DNA from: the human T2T-CHM13v2.0 reference genome, Homo sapiens
NCBI RefSeq assembly: GCF_009914755.1
Contig: NC_060935.1
DNA: 64,000 bases
Reading direction: 5' to 3' (one strand)
A program made the translations under genes and the position numbers. Below, in pieces: positions 51,206 to 64,000 of this stretch. Below the pieces are notes generated by a model. It was given only the letters and a program-made list of their open reading frames with translations, searched no databases and was not told the DNA's origin. The stretch's first letter is position 1; each line of letters starts with the position of its first letter.

Positions 51206-51516
51206 CAGGGGCTCCCACTCTGAAAGTCTGTGACTACCAGGGGCAGTGGAGTTCTTTCACGATTCGCCTAATGTTGTTGTCTTAGAAATAATACCACTTA
51301 TACAAAATACAAAACCAGCAGGACTATTTCCCAAATAAATGTAAATGAGACTGGAATTAATAAAGGTAAATTCATTTTTTAAAATTACAAAATACATAAA
51401 ATCCTTTTGCTATTAAGTGTCAATGAGCCATCATGAGTATAAAAACTATTGTATGTTTTATGACTGTATTGATATTTGGAAGGGATTTCCCTGTTCATAA
51501 TGTTTGGAAACCACTG
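51206..51516. mobile_element. hAT-Charlie-type MITE (family not identified)
   Basis: termini caggggctccca / tttggaaaccactg; 8-bp TSD gtctggac/ctctggac. Confidence 0.7.
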
Positions 51517-51744
51517 CTCTGGACCTGTCCCCTAATTTCATAGATAACATCTTATAAACTTCTTCCAGAGGGGAAGAAGGATGTGGCCAAAGCCACTCAG
51601 CCTTCTGGTAGCAGAGCTGGGTATCAAATTCAGGTCATCTCTGTCTTTTTCTTTACATCACATTTCCTGAGGTGGCATTTTCTAATACCTTGATCCAAAA
51701 GGACCACTCAGTTCAACTCAATTTATTTCCCAACTGGTGATGTT

Positions 51745-51970
51745 GGTAGCCTAAATGGTGTGCCAGGCACTGCATCCTCTAAGTGTATTATTGTCACCAC
51801 CCTTACATCACCTCAGTGAGGCAAGTCCTATTATCATTCCCATTTTAAATGTTAAAAAAAAAATGGGGACTCAAAGAGTTAGACAGTTTTTACCAGGCCA
51901 CATGATCAGCAAAGTGCAAAGCAAAGCTCAAATTCTCTGACTCCAAAGCCCAGGCTCTCATGCACTTTAC
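51745..51970 (-). mobile_element. MIR SINE
   Basis: tgtgccaggcactg..ctattatcattcccatttta..gactcaaagagttag..ctctgactccaaagccca. Confidence 0.8.
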
Positions 51971-52136
51971 TGCACACGACTTAAGGAACACATTTATAAC
52001 AAACACTGGTGTCCATTGAAATAAAATTTAAGGGCATTAAAGGCAGCCCTCGGCAGTGTCAGCGATGACCCCACAATGACTGCTGTGGGCAAGGAGTGGC
52101 AGGAGGCAAGAGGTCCCAAGAAATGCCCCTAGAGAG

Positions 52137-52317
52137 GCCGTTTCTCAAGTGGAGAATGTGGACCCCAAGACCAGAACCACCTGAGTGTTTCCTGAGAATA
52201 TCATATCTTAGATTTCATCCAGAGCAGTTCAAACAAGATCTCATGAGTGGATCTGGAGTATCTGCAGTTACTACAAAAACCCCAGCTGCCTTTGAGCTCA
52301 CCGTAGTTTGAGAATGA
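52137..52317. mobile_element. MER5A/B-like hAT MITE
   Basis: gtttctcaagtg..cagaaccacctg..atctgcagtt..agtttgagaa. Confidence 0.6.
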
Positions 52318-54954
52318 GAGGGCTGAGAGACCCCAGGCAGAGTGTCAGTGTGAGGAGATGAAGGAGCAAGAAAGTAAAAGTCAACAGCAGGCCCAGCTCC
52401 AGCTGCAGAGGAGCCTAGTTGAGCCTCAGACACACGCTTGATGCTTCACATAGGGCCATTCCCCACAGCCTGGCTTTCTGCAGAGGGAGGAGGGGTGCCT
52501 TTCATGGTTCTGGGTGTGCAGAAGGTTTGCGTGTGTTTGTTTAGAACAAAGCCTATACTTAACTGGCACAAGTGAAACAGATTTTATAAATAGATGTGAG
52601 CATGAATGGTTTTTATGATTAGCTTGTTTTTAATCACCATGCTTGACCGGTGTCTGTGTTCAACTAAGTAAATATTTCTATGGTGATAGTATACACAATA
52701 CAATGGCCATTATTTAATGTTAATACAAGTACCATATGGGAGGTCTTATCATGCGAGAGCCCCAAAGCATAATAAAAGCAGATAGGAATAGATAGGCAAG
52801 GGTGGGCCTTGCTGTACAGCTGGCTTGATAAAACATCTGCTCTTACAAATGTTGGCCATGCAAGTATTTATGCAAGATGGTTCTCCTGGGGGATTTTGGG
52901 GACAAGATCAGAAAGCCATGGATTCTGCGTTTTCTCTGTTACTCATTTGGTGACCTTGGATAAGTCTCTATACTAATTGTTTAAACATTTGTGCTTTAAT
53001 TTCTCAATTCTTAGGTCTTTGCCTGCCCTCCAGAGACTAATGAAGATTAATTAACACCTGGCAGAATCCTTGAGTTATATTTTTAGAACAAAGAAACAGG
53101 GAAGGGTGGTGCTGAAATAATGCCTCATTATTTTAACATATAAAAGGGAGACAATCCAGTACATTTTTCACTTACAACTGGAAATTTGAGAAAACTTGAA
53201 GCTTCCTGAGATTAGTAAAGCAGCCTTGTCATGAACAAAGCCTCTTAGGAAATGTACTAGGTTGCAAACCTCGCCAGATGACTTTTCACTCAGTAGGAAC
53301 AACTAAGATGATAAAGGGCATGAAACTAGAATGATTGTCTCCTGAAAAAGGGCAAATGGGAAGGTTAGAGCTTTTAGTGTCGTGGAAAGGGACATTTGCC
53401 TGTTCACAAAGGCGTTACTCCTCTGATTTGCCTTTCATTTTTTAACTTGATGATACTACAATGTTTAGTGCAATCCAGTGCTCCTAGCCTGTTTATGTAT
53501 TATCTGGCATCATCTTCAGCACTAGCTATGAATAGATAAGAGTGTTCCATTCTACGCCTTAGTCTTTTGCATCTATATGTTCTAATGAAAAGTATCAACA
53601 AGAACTTTTCATATTTGTTTTACACTTCCTGTCTGTAATATGCATTTGCATTCATGATGTCATTATAGGAGATGGGTACTATGACCACCCACAATTTAAA
53701 ACTGAAATGACCTCCAAGAGGCGATTTATCTAAGTGCAGGGTTTAGTTGGTGTAGAACTGGAGCTCAGACCCAAGACCTGTGCTCTCTGAGTGCAATGAT
53801 TAAGGAGACTCTGCTTATTTGTGAATTAGAAACTGGAATTTGGCCCCAGGAAGAGGAGCTCTCCTGGGTGGTCAGGCTTACTATGGGGAACTCTCAATTA
53901 GATTTGAGGGTGTGGGCTAGTGCATGTTTTCCTTCTGGAAGTGCGGGCCTCTCGCAAGCACCCCATCATCTCCCTGACCACTCTGGCAAATTAACAGAGT
54001 GTTAATTTGTTTCATTTACTATCAGGGTGCAAGTTAGACGTAGGTGAGAAGAGACAGTGCCTGACAAATGCTTAAGGAAAGAGATGTGAATTCCCAGCTG
54101 TGTTTTCTAAGGTAATAAGATTCTTTCCAGTTGATTTACTACAGTGACCATAAATCTAGAAACAATATGTTCTTAAATATATTTGGAATGGCCACTGGGG
54201 AATGGCTGGTTAGCGTAGTACATGGCATGTGGGCTGAGAAGGGAATTATACATATCTAGGTGGGTAGATGACTAGGTTAACCAACTGTTCTGCCTCATTC
54301 CCCGGCTTAAATGTACTAGTGAAAACTGAGAGAAGGGCAGGGAGGTGTCCACGTTCCAGGCAACATCATGGTCCAGTCCCTGTTCTGAAGACGTGTGCCT
54401 CATGCTTAGTCCAGAGCCTGCAGTCAAGAAAATCACCCTGTCTGACCCAAGGAAACAGCTCAGCCTGGTCAGAAACAGGCACTCCTTTAAGTGGCTGTGA
54501 GAATCATGTGTGCTTGTGTATTCACATGCTTGTGGCTCATTTAGTCCCAGAAGGAAAGAGGGGGTGGCAACGCAGGTTATTAACAGGATAGGCTGAACAG
54601 CAGGACCGGTCTGTGGCTGATTTCTGCTCTTCTCTGCCTTCTTGACCCAACCTCCATGCATGTTTCTTATTATGCTGTGGATTTGTTTTGCACTGATGGG
54701 TGGGAAAAGACCGGTGAAGCAATAATCGTGTAAGTGAAAGCAATGACTCTCTGGTGTCCTCTACAAATTTCCCACAGTCTTTGCTAAGGCCTCAGGGCCC
54801 TTCAGGGTTTAGAATTACAGCTTTCAGTAAATCTCCTTAGACTCACACTCACATGTGCTGTAGTGAGACAGCACCAAATCTGTCCTGACAATTCTTCACA
54901 AAGCCAGAACCAGGCCCTCTGTCCAAACACTGATCGGTGATGAGGAGTAACTGT

Positions 54955-55190
54955 GACAATAGCAGCTACCATTTAGTGTGCAGGGAGTGCATGGCAGGCC
55001 CTATTCTAACCCCTTAAATGGATTCACCGATTTAACCCTCACAACAGTTTTTGGTAGTAAGTGCCATCATTATCCACCTTTGACAAATGAGGAAACTGAA
55101 GCACAGAGAGAGGTGAAAGACTTGCCAAAGCTAGTTATCAGAAGAACCAGCACTCAGGCCTGGACAGTCAGATCTTAACCTATAAGCACC
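54955..55190 (-). mobile_element. MIR SINE
   Basis: tttaaccctcacaaca..tttgacaaatgaggaaactgaagcacagagaggtgaaagacttgcc. Confidence 0.88.
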
Positions 55191-56249
55191 ACCACTTTTC
55201 AGGGACCCAAGAATGAAAAAAGGACAAGAGTTTGGAGTTATTTCACTTCAACCTTAATATCACCAATTAAGGAAATGAAACATTCATTGAATAAGAACAA
55301 GAATGTTTTCCTTTACCAATGGAGACATTTTAAAGTAAGAATTGCACTTAGTTTCTGTCCCAATAGGGTTGCCAGCCATAAGTTTATGGTGTGGTTATCA
55401 TATTTCAAAAGATTTTAGTGGAAAGATCTATGGGAAAACTGTAGAGTGGAGAAATCAGCTGTGTTTTGCCTATCAAGATGACACTACTGACCCAATGCAA
55501 GTTAGGCTTCTATGCTAAGTAATTTTTCTAGTTGTGTTGACAAGTTGTCTTGAACCATCCAAGCCTCATCTTTTCTTCCCTGTTGATTAGTTGGGGATGA
55601 GAGACAGATGATCTTGGTCTTTGGAGAAGTGTTTTATTTTCTTGTATTCAAAACTAAATAACCCAAATGAGGCAGCTTTGCCCTCACTAATTTTGTGTTT
55701 GTACCCACTGAACCATCCTCTTGCTTTCATAGGAATGAAGGAAAAGAACAATTTTGTGATGGTAGCTGGAAGCCTCCCAGGTATGGAACTTGAGCAAAAT
55801 GCTTCTAGGAAGCATTTGGAGAAAGATAACAGCAGGTAAAATGCCAGTTAGAGGGTCCACTTATAAAGAAGAAGTCACAATTTTGATGTTTTCACCCAGC
55901 TTTTCTGTGGTCTCTTTTTAAAAAAATAAAAATACATACTTTTGATAACTTACTTTCTCTTAAGTGATAAAGTTCATGTAACTCTTGATGAGGTAAAATA
56001 TATCCTAGGATAATATTATTCTAACCTGATTCTAAATCGTATGTTTTTTAAAAAAAATGTTGTAGTGTTAGTCAACTTTGGAGATCTAATCAATATAGAC
56101 AGCTCTGAGGAGTAGATCACTTCCCCTACATTTTTCTTATTTTTTTTAAGAGCAAGTGTTCTTAAACTATTAGGAAGGTGTGTGTCATGTCATTTTTCAT
56201 CTGTAGCCACATTTCCTTTGAAATTAAAAGGAGATAAAAGTCCCATCTG

Positions 56250-56720
56250 TATACTGCTAGCAGAAAAAAATTGCCATGAACTTTCCCCAAAGACATTATG
56301 AAAAGCCTTAACAACAAGCATACGTGAGAAAACAGCACACAAAAACCTTGGAGTCAACCTAAATGTCCATTAATACATAATATGTATATAAATAAATACA
56401 ATAAAATAATATATAGCTGTGAAAAATAGAGAATAGTTAAATAACATAGAAACATGGCCATACTGCACTGTTGAGTGAAATAGCAACTTGCAAAGCAACA
56501 ATATGTTAGCCCAGTTTATAAAAACAAAAATACATGTGTGTATATTTGTGTGATATGTGTTGTGATACGTGTAGAGAAGGACAAACTCAAAAGATTCATA
56601 CAAAGCAAACCAAGACAGTTTTTTCTTGGTTGTAAGACTGTATGATTTTCAGGCTCTTTTTTGTTTTGCATTAAATTTTGACTATAAAATGTAAAATAAA
56701 TCCTTGAAAATCAATATTTT
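56250..56720 (+). mobile_element. L1ME-like 3' remnant
   Basis: caacctaaatgtccatt..atagctgtgaaaaat..tgttgagtgaaatagcaacttgcaaa. Confidence 0.65.
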
Positions 56721-57109
56721 AAATTTTATTTCGCAGTACTTGCACTTCACTGTAATTCTTGGTGTTGCTATAAAGCTGGTTATATTTACTACTATAATTG
56801 ATTCTCAACATTCTGTCCCATATTCAATTCTATGTAATGATTCTTATTCTGACCAGGCCTTTTAATAAAGATGGTTGCCATCTGGCCAGTTGTATCATTT
56901 AAGTTTTATCTTCTGCTGCTGATCATCATTAAGCTTTAAAAACCAATACTTTCATTAATATTTATACTTTTTTAAATTTTTTCAAGGTACAATAAATCAT
57001 TAATTAGCCCATCTTCACGGTATGTTTTCCCATTTCCTGGGCTATGTGATTTCAGTCTAGCTGCAGTGTCTTCAAACTGCACCTCCTAAAAGCAACAGAA
57101 TGATTCAAC

Positions 57110-57290
57110 TGAACAACTATTCAACTATTACTTGACTATCCACAGGTGCAAAACATGACACCAGGAAGAGTGGGAACGACACCAATAAACAAAAATGAGC
57201 CCCTGATGTCAAGGAGCTCAGTCTAGGGAGCAAGAAAAACACAGGCATAAGTAATCCCAATGCAATGATTTGAAAAGCAGTAGACAAGCA
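57110..57290 (-). mobile_element. L2 3' end
   Basis: attcaactattacttgactatc..cccctgatgtcaaggagctcagtctagggag. Confidence 0.6.
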
Positions 57291-58419
57291 CTCATTCCAA
57301 TTCCTAAATGCATTCTGCACCTCTGCCAACTTCTTACAAAATGCCCATTTGCTTTATTCTTATTGACATATTACAGATTGGAAATGTCTCAGAAAGGGAA
57401 AGCATGATACTGTACATCTTCAATAGACATAAATGCTCAGAAAGCAGGGACCTGCTTATATTTTCCTATGATGGTGACTTATTAACTAAAATCCAACCCA
57501 CCCGTTTGGGAACCAAATTAGATAAGTTATCTCTTTGTGTCATCCCAGTTCACTGGCTCACCACTCTCTGGACATATAAACACTCTGTTTTATTTCGCAG
57601 ATGAGGAAATTAGAAGACGGGGGAAACTGCAGCTTGTCCTTTTCTCCTCAAAAGCCCATTTCAAAGTCCACATTCGATTGCGGGATTACGCTTAAGAGGT
57701 GGGCTTCAGATCTTCAGTTACTTATCCAGCTGCAGGATGCCCTGCACTCCAGTAGGTGTTTAGAGTTTGAGACTGGACAAGTGAAGAGTCTCAAGGCAGA
57801 GCTGACTCCACCTACCGTTACACTGTTGAGCAGATGAGAAAACCAGGCTTAATGTTTGTTACCAGTGTCTCTTCCTATTTCTTACTGTGTGACAATGATC
57901 GGTATCTGGTTGCCTTAGAGACTGTCAGACCTGGCATCTCTGCGTATCTGCAGAACACTCAGTGGTTTCTGAAAACAGGTGTGGCCTGGTTGAGTGTAGC
58001 ATAGCCACAAGTTTTTTTTTTTTTTTCTTTTTTTTTTTTGTTTAGGTTGCTTTGACTCTGGTGGCTTTTACCAACTTTCCAAATGTCACTCCCTCTACCT
58101 CAGGGGCTATTTGTCAAAGTTATTGGTAAACTAGTTTCTTACCTGTTTTTTCTCTTTATTTTAAGAGATAAAATACTAGATAGAAAAAAAAAGCTTACTG
58201 AAGCAAAAACTGGTTTTAAGTGACAATTGTGTGTTCGTTGTGGCTTGCACTTTGACAATTAGTTCTGGTCCTCTTGCTGATGGTGTGGCTTTTGAGGTAA
58301 ATTGCATGAAGAAAACCAGTTCTCATTTGGTAAGCTCCAGTGGGTTGCAGAGTTGAGGGAGCTGATACTATCACCCACCACCATGTATTTGGCCTTACTG
58401 GTATAGAGCTAATGACCAG

Positions 58420-58915
58420 TAAAGGTATTGAAAGTACATGGGTCAGATTAAGTAGGAAAAATAGACCCTATTCAGCTATGAACATTTCTCCAAAAAAAAA
58501 ATGTACAAAAATGGAACTATTTGTAGAAAGTCTTAAAAATCAATGAATTTAGAAAAAGTTGGAGAAGCTGGGTATATTTTGAATAGAGAAGAGATAGTTT
58601 AAGGAAGTCAAGAGAGCTGACTTCAAATATTCAAAGAATAGCATGTGAATGCACAAATAACCATAATCTTTCAGGCCAAAAAAGTGGGCTGACGGCTTAA
58701 AAGGGGAAATAATTTGATCCCAAGAAGGCAATCCATTCTAACAACAAGAGCACATCTCACAGCAGTGGAACGGGTACCTCGAGACAATGAAAATTCCCAT
58801 CTCAGGAGCCAACACCAGGTGGTGATTTGTCAGGCTTGCTAGGGAAGGATTCTTATAGCAGGAGGGAGATTGGATGAGACCTCTAAGGTCTTTCCCAAGT
58901 ATAAGATGCTATCTA
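58420..58915 (+). mobile_element. L3/CR1 LINE 3' remnant
   Basis: gagaagagatagtttaagg..agctgacttcaaatatt..gattggatgagacctctaaggtctttccca. Confidence 0.65.
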
Positions 58916-61140
58916 TCTAATTAATTGTCAGTCAGACTCTTAGGGATTGTCCTGGGCTCTCATCTCTGTGTCGTTGAACTATAGATTCGCTTCTTCCTAA
59001 CTGTGAGATAATTGAGTGGATTCACATCTTTAAGTCAGCATTCAGCAGAAAGCAGTGATGGTGGAGAGATAAATCCCCAGACTTTCCATCTGATTAATTG
59101 CTGTCCCAGAGCCTTGGTTTGGGAAGATCCAGGAGACCATGAGGTTCATCAGAGTTGAGAGTTAATCCCACATGAAATCAACCACTTGCTTCCCCTGAGA
59201 AAAAAATAATAATAATTTCCTTTTATTTTCTGGGTGTTTGGGTTTGAGAATGGGTTTGATCTTTAGTGTTTTTTTGTTTTGTTTTATATTTGTCTATGTT
59301 TGGTTTTAGGTCTGGAGTTCCAAAATGCAACATAATAAACACTTGCATGTCCAAAGCACTTTTGTCTGTTTTGCTGGTGAGAGTTGAAAGCAGACAATCT
59401 GCAGTCAAGTTTTGGTGTCAGATCAGTCCCCTGTGTAGCATGTAGTCTTGTGCATGCTGCTTTATTTTCTGGGTCGCCATTTTCTCATTTCTGAAATGGA
59501 GTAAGCACCGTTTTATAGGTTTATAAGAATCCAATGAGAAAATACATGTCAAGGTACTTTCTATGCTTTGAAGCACCTTTCAAATTTTAGTTAGGGTTAT
59601 TTAAGTTTTCTGAACTGTGTGTTGTGGTCAGTGTAAGATATAAAAAGCTCTCTTCACTCCTTGCATTAGACATTTTTTTTTTCTCAGAAGTGACATTTCT
59701 TGATCTTCCCATAGGTTCTGTAGAAAAACAAATGATTGATTAGAACCATTGTTTTGGGTCTGCACTTGTAAGTAAAACAGAACATGAGTGAACACCTGGA
59801 AAATTATGTCTTTCTCAAACTTTCAACTCTAGGTTGGTATAAAATGACCAAATAGGCAAGCAGCAGGAACTATTGAGTTTCATTAAGCAAGGCTAACAAC
59901 TAAGGTAATAAGCCTGGAAATTCACAGGAAAAGGAGATTCTCTCTATCAAACCCAAAGCTTTAAATCTTAGTGTTTATTAATGATTAGGATTTGACACCC
60001 CATAATTATTTTTGCTCTAGAGGGAAAATGTTCATAGAGAGTCCCTCGAACACCAGGCAGCAAAAGGAAACTCCCCCAGCAGAAGACAGAAAGCATTTCA
60101 CAGAATGGGCTTAGCAGAGCTTCTCACGTGCTTGGGGAAAATAAAATGTGTGACCACACTGTACTAATAATCTCTACAAATAAGTATGTTGTTGCTTGAT
60201 TCAGGCCTTGTGTGCATAACATTGTCTATATGTTTTGTTTTCTTTAAACAGAATCATAGAAGATAAGGAGCCACAAAGGTTCACTCTGTTTTCAAAGGTG
60301 CAGTCAAAATGTTACACTTCTAAACTGTGGCAACGAGACACACCCTGAAGAAAGAGAGCGTTACACCTTCACAAGAAAACAGAGAAACCAAGATACCTTG
60401 TGATGTCTTGTACATACCAAGAAAAATATGTCCTAACCTTGAAAGCCCATTTTGGGTGTGAGTGGAACCACATCATTACAAAACCAAAAAGCTGTATCTT
60501 TCTCATCCACTATACCCCTTCTTTTCCAAATGGACACCTGAGACTTTGAGCTACTTCATACAACAGAGTTTCACACTGGGACCTCCCACGTCTACCTGCA
60601 TTTCAGGCCCGAATCTTTCCTGGCATCAGATTTATCATCAAGAACCTTTCTGTGGTTCATTTCTTGGGGCACAATTCTCTCGTGATGGGGACTAATCCCG
60701 TCAAATCATCCATTTTTGTTAACATTAATTGTGATATCCATTCCAGGTATCTGCTTTGTGTATAAAAAGGAAATTTCTGAAGATACAGCTTTATGTGAAA
60801 AGGAGTGATTTTAGTTGCAGAGGTTTCATACATAATGGGAGGCTGGTGAAAAAGATTATTCCTTGCTGAAAAACTCTGGAAAAATCATGCCATACAGAAA
60901 GCTGTCCACATGGCCTATGCATGGATTCAGTGCTGTGGGGGAAGGACATACTCTTTACACTTTTACAACTTCCTGATGTGAGTGGTTCACTCACAGGAAA
61001 AGGGGCAATGCCTTTGTACTGACACTTTCACCCCAAGTTTCCAGCCTGTGGAGTGGAAGGTAAAACTAAAGGCGGGGTAATCAGGCCATCATGAACAAAA
61101 ATAGAAAATAGTGTCTTGGCATGCAAATACTGTGAATTTC

Positions 61141-61142
<2 letters not shown>

Positions 61143-61172
<30 letters not shown>

Positions 61173-61178
61173 TTCTCT
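61143..61178. repeat. (CT)n simple repeat
   Basis: ttctctctctccctctctctctctctctctttctct. Confidence 0.9.
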
Positions 61179-61314
61179 GCCCCCCATCCCCCAATCTTTT
61201 GAACAGTTCCAATGTTACTAGTATATAATTATGACAACTGGGCTTAAATTGAATACTAAGTTAATGCATTTTGACACTCTATTATTCATTAACTAAATTT
61301 CAGTTATTTAAGCA

Positions 61315-61780
61315 TGAGATTAACAAACACTTTTGAGCATCTACTATATACTAGGCATTATGATGATTACTGGGGATATAGAGAGACCAGATGTGGTCCT
61401 TTCCCCAAGGAACTTACAGTCTACTGGACAGATAAAAATGAACAGTAAATGAAAATGCAGTTGCCCTGAACTCAGGGTACTATGGGAACTTATGGCAGAG
61501 ATATCCAGTATAGTCTCACAGAGTCAGGAAAAGCTTCATGGAAGGCCATGATGTATGTGTTGAATCCTGAAAGAAACAGAACAGGAAAACCTGCAAAGAA
61601 AGACCAAGGATTTGCATTCTTGGCAATTAACCAGCCTAAAGGTAAGAGATATCAGGGTACCTGAGGGGAACTGTGAGTTTCCAGCTTGACCAGACACAAA
61701 TAGATGAGGGAGAATTGAAAGACAAAGTCTGGAGAGAAAAGCACAGGGAAGATTAGATCAGATTTTGCATGTTTTTTGTA
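61315..61780 (-). mobile_element. L2 LINE
   Basis: aacaaacacttttgagcatctactatatactaggca..ggtcctttccccaaggaacttacagtcta..gtcaggaaaagcttcatgga. Confidence 0.75.
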
Positions 61781-62314
61781 TCATTTCCAGCCAAATGCCT
61801 GGTCGGATAGACCTTCTCAGAGGGTATGGCTTGAATGACTAAGGACACAGAATTATAATATTGTAAGAAATTTAGAAATAACTTAGTATTAACACCTACC
61901 CTCTGTGCATAAGTACTCTGTACAACATCCATACAGGTACCCAGAGCCTCTTCATTACCTTTGGAGGTAAATACCTCCAATGAGCAGGAACACACTATTT
62001 GGCAAAGCAGCGTTTTCCCTCCCAGTCTAAGAGCCTGTGATGTAACTGACCTTTCTTTAAGGAAAGATGATCTTATGGTCCCTGCCCTCAAGATGTTTAC
62101 ATTCTAATGATTGTGTGGCTTATCCATTAATCTGAAAAGAATCACAGATAAAGTAGATAATAACATAGACTAGGAATTAGCATTACCAGGTATTTCAGAT
62201 TTGGGGATTTATTTCATCTTATTTCTGTGACTTAGGATATGATAGAGGACCAGATACAGTCCCTGCCATCAAAACCCTTACGATACAAAGGCCAAACATA
62301 TAAGTAAGCATGTA

Positions 62315-62614
62315 GGCTGGGTGCGGTGGCTCATGCCTGTAATCCCAGCACTTTGGGAGGCCGAGGCGGCTGGACTGCCTGAACTCAGGAGTTCGTGACC
62401 AGCCTGGGCAACACGGTGAAACCTGGTTTCTACTAAAATACAAAAAAAATTAGCTGGGCATGGTGGTGTGCACCTGCAGTCCTAGCTACTTGGGACGCTG
62501 AGGCAGGAGAATTGCTTGAACTCAGGAGGCGGAGGTTGCAGTGAGCCAAGTTCAAACCACTACACTCCAGCTTGGGCGACAGAGTGAGACTCCATCTCAA
62601 AAAAAAAAAGAAAA
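62315..62614 (+). mobile_element. AluS, full length
   Basis: GGCTGGGTGCGGTGGCTCATGCCTGTAATCCCAGC...A tail; TSD aagtaagcatgta/aagtaaacttgta. Confidence 0.97.
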
Positions 62615-63557
62615 AAGTAAACTTGTAAGGACACTTTATATAATTGATGTGTGTGAACAATATGAATGCATGTGAACACTGACCAACTAAAGTAAAGGTA
62701 GTTCAGAAATCCTGGGCAGTTCCCATTAGGGCTGCCTGAACGGAGGCTGGGAGCACAGAAAGGAGATGGAGCTACAAAACACATAAATGTAAGCTACACA
62801 GAAAAAGGGTCAATTAAACAAATCTTGTTGACTCTGGAGTCTGGCTCTGCATCCCTTTTAAGTGAAGGCCAGGGGCTTCCCACTGGGTTTAGGTTGGAGC
62901 TGGCCTGCAGGATAGATTGTGTACTGGATATCATGCAATCAAATCCTATCTGGAGACCTATTAACGGGCCTCATGTGGTGTTTTTCATAAGGAAAATCAC
63001 CCTCTGTTATTTAATGGAGGTCTGTAGACTTTGAGTCTGTTTTATAGTGGGGATGTTCTTTGTAGATGACAACTACAGGGATTGGAGACATTACTTTAAC
63101 CCAAACACTGTGGCAGCTGGGAAAGGAAGATTTTTGGAGCAAATGAGACTTGGAGAACACATCACATCTCATCATATAAAAAGCTGTTCATAGATTCTGT
63201 TCTGCACCTTCCTTTATTCTCACGTTGCGTATAAGTTACTTGCGGATATTCTCCTCCAGATCCATAAATTGTAAGTCAACTTCCATTTTAGGTTTCTCAG
63301 ACCAAGTTTGTGTGGTCAAAATTAGCATGGAGTTACAAGCTCTTAACTCTGTACTTCTGCCTCAAGGGAACATGTTTTTCTGTAGATATTTAGAAAACTC
63401 AGCACTCAGTTTGTGCTTCACATTATGGGGTTCCCTTTTCTTCTCAGATAATCCAGGTCTTCCACCTTGGTGTTTCAGGACTATCATTATTTATACATTT
63501 TAGATTACACTGCCAGACCCTAAGGTTGTTCCAAGAGCTCTTGGCTGCACTGGACAT

Positions 63558-63860
63558 TGTATTCTTTTCCTAACAGTGCTGTAAGAAATGGCCAAAAATT
63601 AGTGTTTAAAGCAATGTAAATTTACTATCTTCTAATTCGGAGTCAGACTTTCTAAAATCAGTGTGTTGGTATGGCTGCATTCCCTCTCAGTGCTCTAGGG
63701 GAGGACCCATTTTCCTTCCCTTTTTAGGTTCTTGATCCTATGTGCATTCTTTTGCAACCCTTGACCTGTGGCTTCTTCTTTCATCTTCAATGCCCACAGT
63801 GTATCTTCTTCAAATTTCAAGTCTCTTTCTCTTCCTTATTGTCTCTCATTTTTATAAGGC
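63558..63860 (-). mobile_element. MLT1C/D-like LTR, partial
   Basis: tgtattcttttcct..gctgtaagaaat..gctctaggggaggaccc..tcatcttcaa. Confidence 0.7.
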
Positions 63861-64000
63861 AAACAGTAAAAGCATATGGTCTCACGCCTTCCAGCCAAAA
63901 CATAATCATTCTGAAGGGCAAAATATGGCATACAAATATTTTACATGTGGCCTCATTCTTTGGCTCGGTGGCGTCTTTTCTTCAACTTCAGCTTCTTCAG

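Noticed and set aside
60683-60703. Small hairpin tgatgggg-actaa-tcccgtca (similar ones near 28188 and 52070)
   Set aside because: Stems of 6-8 bp are expected by chance in 64 kb.
62219-62784. ORFs with Alu-type peptides
   Set aside because: Translations of the AluS element.

Overview
Primate (very probably human) AT-rich non-coding genomic DNA, judged from AluS, THE1, L1PA/L1PB and MER elements recognised by eye against remembered consensus sequences (subfamily calls approximate). I find no intact protein-coding gene, rRNA, tRNA or CRISPR array; the supplied ORFs are mostly L1/Alu/LTR fragments or chance ORFs. About 7.5-44 kb is a dense nest of LINE, LTR and DNA-transposon insertions, many with readable target-site duplications. 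About 44-61 kb is more unique and contains enhancer-like motif clusters, a 3 x 58 bp minisatellite, a pre-miRNA-like hairpin and several strong plus-strand splice signals (possible lncRNA). The most intriguing segment is about 1.7-3.2 kb. It looks like a decayed coding sequence with a death-effector-domain-like helical pattern, a Pro/Ser-rich linker and remnants of a TRIM-type RING/B-box/coiled-coil module. That call is pattern-based inference and needs profile searches.
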